From Marsupella aquatica (lineage: Eukaryota > Plantae > Marchantiophyta): a stretch of DNA of 64,000 nt. Below the pieces are notes generated by a model, which was given only the letters and a program-made list of their open reading frames with translations, did not search any database and was not told the origin of the DNA. Location: contig OZ316896.1 in the NCBI GenBank assembly GCA_973895155.1, positions 15,247,419-15,311,418 on the forward strand, in the 5' to 3' direction. The translations under genes were made by a program, and so were the position numbers. Below are positions 60,603 to 64,000 of the stretch, piece after piece. Every line of letters starts with the position of its first letter. Position 1 is the stretch's first letter.

Positions 60603-62144
60603 ACCGGGAAATCACACCTTGCCTGCCCTTGTGTGCTGTGTCTCCCTGCCCACTTGCTCCACCTCCCTAAGAGCAATTGTCCCCTGATCTCCCTCCCCTC
60701 ACCCGGCTCTGCACGTCTTTGCCCCACTTCTCCATTTTATGTGCAGTGCATGAGCACTGGACTCCTGCAACATATACGTTTTTGGGCTGGAGACTTATTA
60801 GTCTCTGGGTTTCTTGACTGGAGATGTCAATTTCTGAGACTCTGTCACTAGCTGTCCTTTCTTGGCTGGAGATGCAAATTTCTTCTGAGTAGACTTAGTG
60901 CCACTCTCCTATCATCTTTTCCTTTTGTAGGACTAGGACAATTATTTCTCATTTTACCAAGCCCCAACGATTTATTGTCATGGCCAAGACAGCTTCTGGG
61001 AGTTAGTAAGAGGTCACACGCTTTGGTACATTCAAAACTTGAACCTGGAGATTGCTTTATACTAGTCCTAATTCCAGGCGCCTTTGCACCCAAACTCCCA
61101 TGTCCTACTAGCCCAAATACTAGTGTGTTATTCACCATGCCTGTCCATATTCATTTTATCCAAACTCCCATGCTTGTTCACAAGCATAACCTACACATCA
61201 AGTTTTTCTGTTACCACTCAAACTCCCTTGTAATTTTGAAATTTGCAATATGTTTTCATAAATAAAAATTTGATTATAGATTACAAAACCCCAATTCCCT
61301 CATAATTTTTTAATTTATATTCATTGTGGTTTCAACAGACCCCTTTAATTAATTTTAGAAATGTGTCTTTTCCACCATTATTGTCAGTTTAAAATTTACA
61401 CAAGAAGCTACAAATCCATCAGTTAAGGTACGATGAGAGGTGATTACGGGTCCAGTTAGAGACTCTCATAAACTTATAAATTCAGAGAAAATTCCATGTC
61501 ATCCATTAATTCTTGTCCGTTGGATTTTTCTTATCAATGGTGGAGATTGCACAACGTGTCGTATCACTTGTGTGACCATTGAAGACACTCGTGTGGCAAC
61601 CATGAAGAAAATGTTGGTTTCATTTGCAGGAATGATACACATTCTTTGATGCCAAATTTAAACAAAAACTTGGATAGTACTTGGGGCAATAAAATAAGAT
61701 AACAAGCTAGTCTTAGCCATTGATGTTTGTTGATCAATGATGAGAGTTGTGCAAGGTGGGTTGATGCACAATAAAGTTGCTCGTGTACTAATTGCCATGT
61801 GTACAAGAATGGAAACACGTGCAAGGATAGTAATTATGTGTAGGAAATATAGCGCATGTCAAATCTATGCTAATTGTCACTCAAAAACTGGGAAAAAGTA
61901 ATTATTAAAATATGGGCCAGTAATGTGAATGAACTAAGTTGAAGCCAAAATCAACATGGATCTCTAAAAAATTCATTTATTCTACTCAACCAAGTGGGCT
62001 GAACATTTTTTAAGGGATAGAGGAAAGCTAGGGGAATCTAGAGGTAAAGTTGAAGCTCAAATTTAGCTCCAAATTGTGAGTTAAAAATATATTGATATTC
62101 CAACTTTGTCTTAATCCAATCTTCGTTACTCTAAGCCTACTTAT

Positions 62145-62510
62145 GGATGTGTGCACCTTAATGTCTCAACTTATAACCTTATCAATTTCAGAGTTACAAT
62201 TGGGGTCAAACAGTACACCGACCCTTGCGGATGTGTGCACCAGAATGCCTTAACCTGTAACCTTATCAATTTTAAAGTTACAATTGGGGTCAAACAGTAC
62301 ACCGACCCTTGTGGATGTGTGCACCAAAATACCTTAACGTGTAACCTTATCAATTTTAAAGTTACAATTGGGGTCAAACAGTACACCGACCCTTGCGGAT
62401 GTGTGCACCAGAATGCCTTAACTTGTAGCCTTATCAATTTTAAAGTTACAATTGGGGTCAAACAGTACACCAACCTTGCGGATGTGGGCACCAAAATGCC
62501 TTAACTTGTG
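62145..62510. repeat. 84-bp minisatellite, ~4.3 copies
   Basis: Unit GGATGTGTGCACCAGAATGCCTTAACCTGTAACCTTATCAATTTTAAAGTTACAATTGGGGTCAAACAGTACACCGACCCTTGC with few substitutions between copies. Confidence 0.97.
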
Positions 62511-63865
62511 ATCTTCTTAATTTTTAACGTAAAGACATGTTATGTTAAAAGTAGTATCAAATGTTATCTTGCTTTTGCTATTCCTATTGGAAAAGGAATT
62601 TCAAAAGGAAATAACTCTCAATCTAAAATCTTCTTACGCCTTTCTTTGTAGCAAAGTTCCTTGAATAGAGTATCAATATTTACATTTTTCCAGTTGTCAA
62701 GATTTGAAAAATTATTTACAAGTAAAATATGAAACTCCAAGTTTCAGGTCAAACGCTTACACTAAGTTTAGATCTGAATATCTGAATGTTACAAATTAGA
62801 GCTTTTCAATTTGTTTTATCTAGAAATAATTATCACACATCAATAGACTAAGGTAATCTTGGAACTGAACAAATGTTTGATATAGGTTTTATCACAAAAT
62901 ATATTAGCAATCACACTTCTTGACCATAAGTAGAGAAGAAAAAGAAGGCAAACCTGTATTTCAAGTGTTGTCAAAGAGTTGAGCTTGCTATTGATTGTCA
63001 AATAATTTGTAAATTCTCCCAAGTTTGTCTAGCAACCAAGAGTAAAATGCTCATCTCAAGAAAGGGTGAAGAGGGGGGCTCAACCATTGAATTGAAAGGA
63101 CATTGGGCCACTTCACAACTAATAAAATTCATACAAACTGTAATTATTAAACAAACATGCAACTCTACAAACCTACCTGGGTCACATGATGAGAGCCATA
63201 CAGAAAATACTCTGCCACTTGATGTCAGCCTCCAAGCTTGAATGTCTCCTGTAAACCATACTCCCACCTAGTCTGAAGTATGCTATAAACCCCAACTATG
63301 ATCTCCCTAGGCACACCAAAAGAGTCATGAGTTCAACCTCCAAGCAACCTGCACAAGCACAACAAATTAGTCCCTAAACATTGAACACAACATCACTAAA
63401 TCTCCTATCCAAACTATTTTGTTCAGTTTATTAGAGTTATAGTCTCCACATAATGGAGAAAGCTATGTTTAATAATAAGACAAAATAACATCATAAAGTA
63501 CAATTGATTACATAATCCACATCATGCAAGAAAATAAGTGCTCATACTCCCATGAAAGTTGGTCTATGTGACCTCTCTCTCCAAAACCTATAATCACCTA
63601 TGATGATTCTACACTTATGGTTTTTGTCTTTATTTCCACTTGCCATGATCATTAGGACAATGATGAGAATTTTGTTTTATTAGCATATATTAACAAATTG
63701 AATCTTCAAACTAAGTTGCCCAAGATAATATCATAGATATTTACAACTAGTGGTTCATTTTTCTTGTCACATCCTCTTATTATTGTAGATGAGCTTTAGA
63801 TGTCAATTCTACAAAATTAAATTTTATGCACATGAATTTAAAAATACAAATTTATAACACTCCTT

Positions 63866-64000
63866 TCAATGCACTCTGGCAATCTGATCTAGCCTACATA
63901 GAACACTCGTCCTACATAGAACACTCATTTGAATGCACTTTGACAATGTGATCTAGTCCATACACAACACTCTATTGAATGCATGATGGCAATCTCATCC
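63866..64000. repeat. Degenerate ~45-60-bp tandem repeat running off the window end
   Basis: AATGCACT.TG.CAAT.TGATCTAG.C.A.A..ACACTC repeated about three times. Confidence 0.7.

Noticed and set aside
62145-62510. CRISPR-like array or repeat-protein gene
   Set aside because: Units are contiguous and near-identical with no unique spacers and no cas genes; the context is eukaryotic; the ORFs follow from the 84-bp period.
60848-63370. Intact minus-strand gene from scattered short ORFs
   Set aside because: Frames are interrupted by stops and no consistent exon chain or domain could be built.

Overview
Eukaryotic nuclear DNA from a land plant; the short GT-AG introns, very long leaders and TE types suggest a non-seed plant such as a bryophyte (inference). 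Four conserved genes can be rebuilt exon by exon: ORC4 (+, 16 exons, 436 aa), RBM25 (-, 8 exons, 1016 aa), an intronless plastid RseP/ARASP-type M50 protease (-, ~579 aa) and a TVP38/TMEM64 VTT-domain membrane protein (+, 9 coding exons, 287 aa). Two orphan minus-strand genes carry an MGCxxS acylation motif, and there is a CYP85-clan P450 pseudogene fragment. TE debris includes a Ty3/Gypsy integrase with a PHD finger, a MULE, a solo LTR with TSD, two MITEs, Helitron-like ends and several tandem arrays. The most interesting signals are regulatory: (i) RBM25 intron 1 holds a G-quadruplex motif and three candidate frame-breaking cassette exons with AAG acceptors, a possible autoregulatory module; (ii) ORC4 has a U12-type intron and a palindromic pair of E2F sites; (iii) the retrotransposon integrase carries a PHD finger; (iv) the TVP38 leader has a 33-aa uORF. 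No CRISPR array, tRNA or rRNA was seen. All calls come from manual reading; no searches were run.
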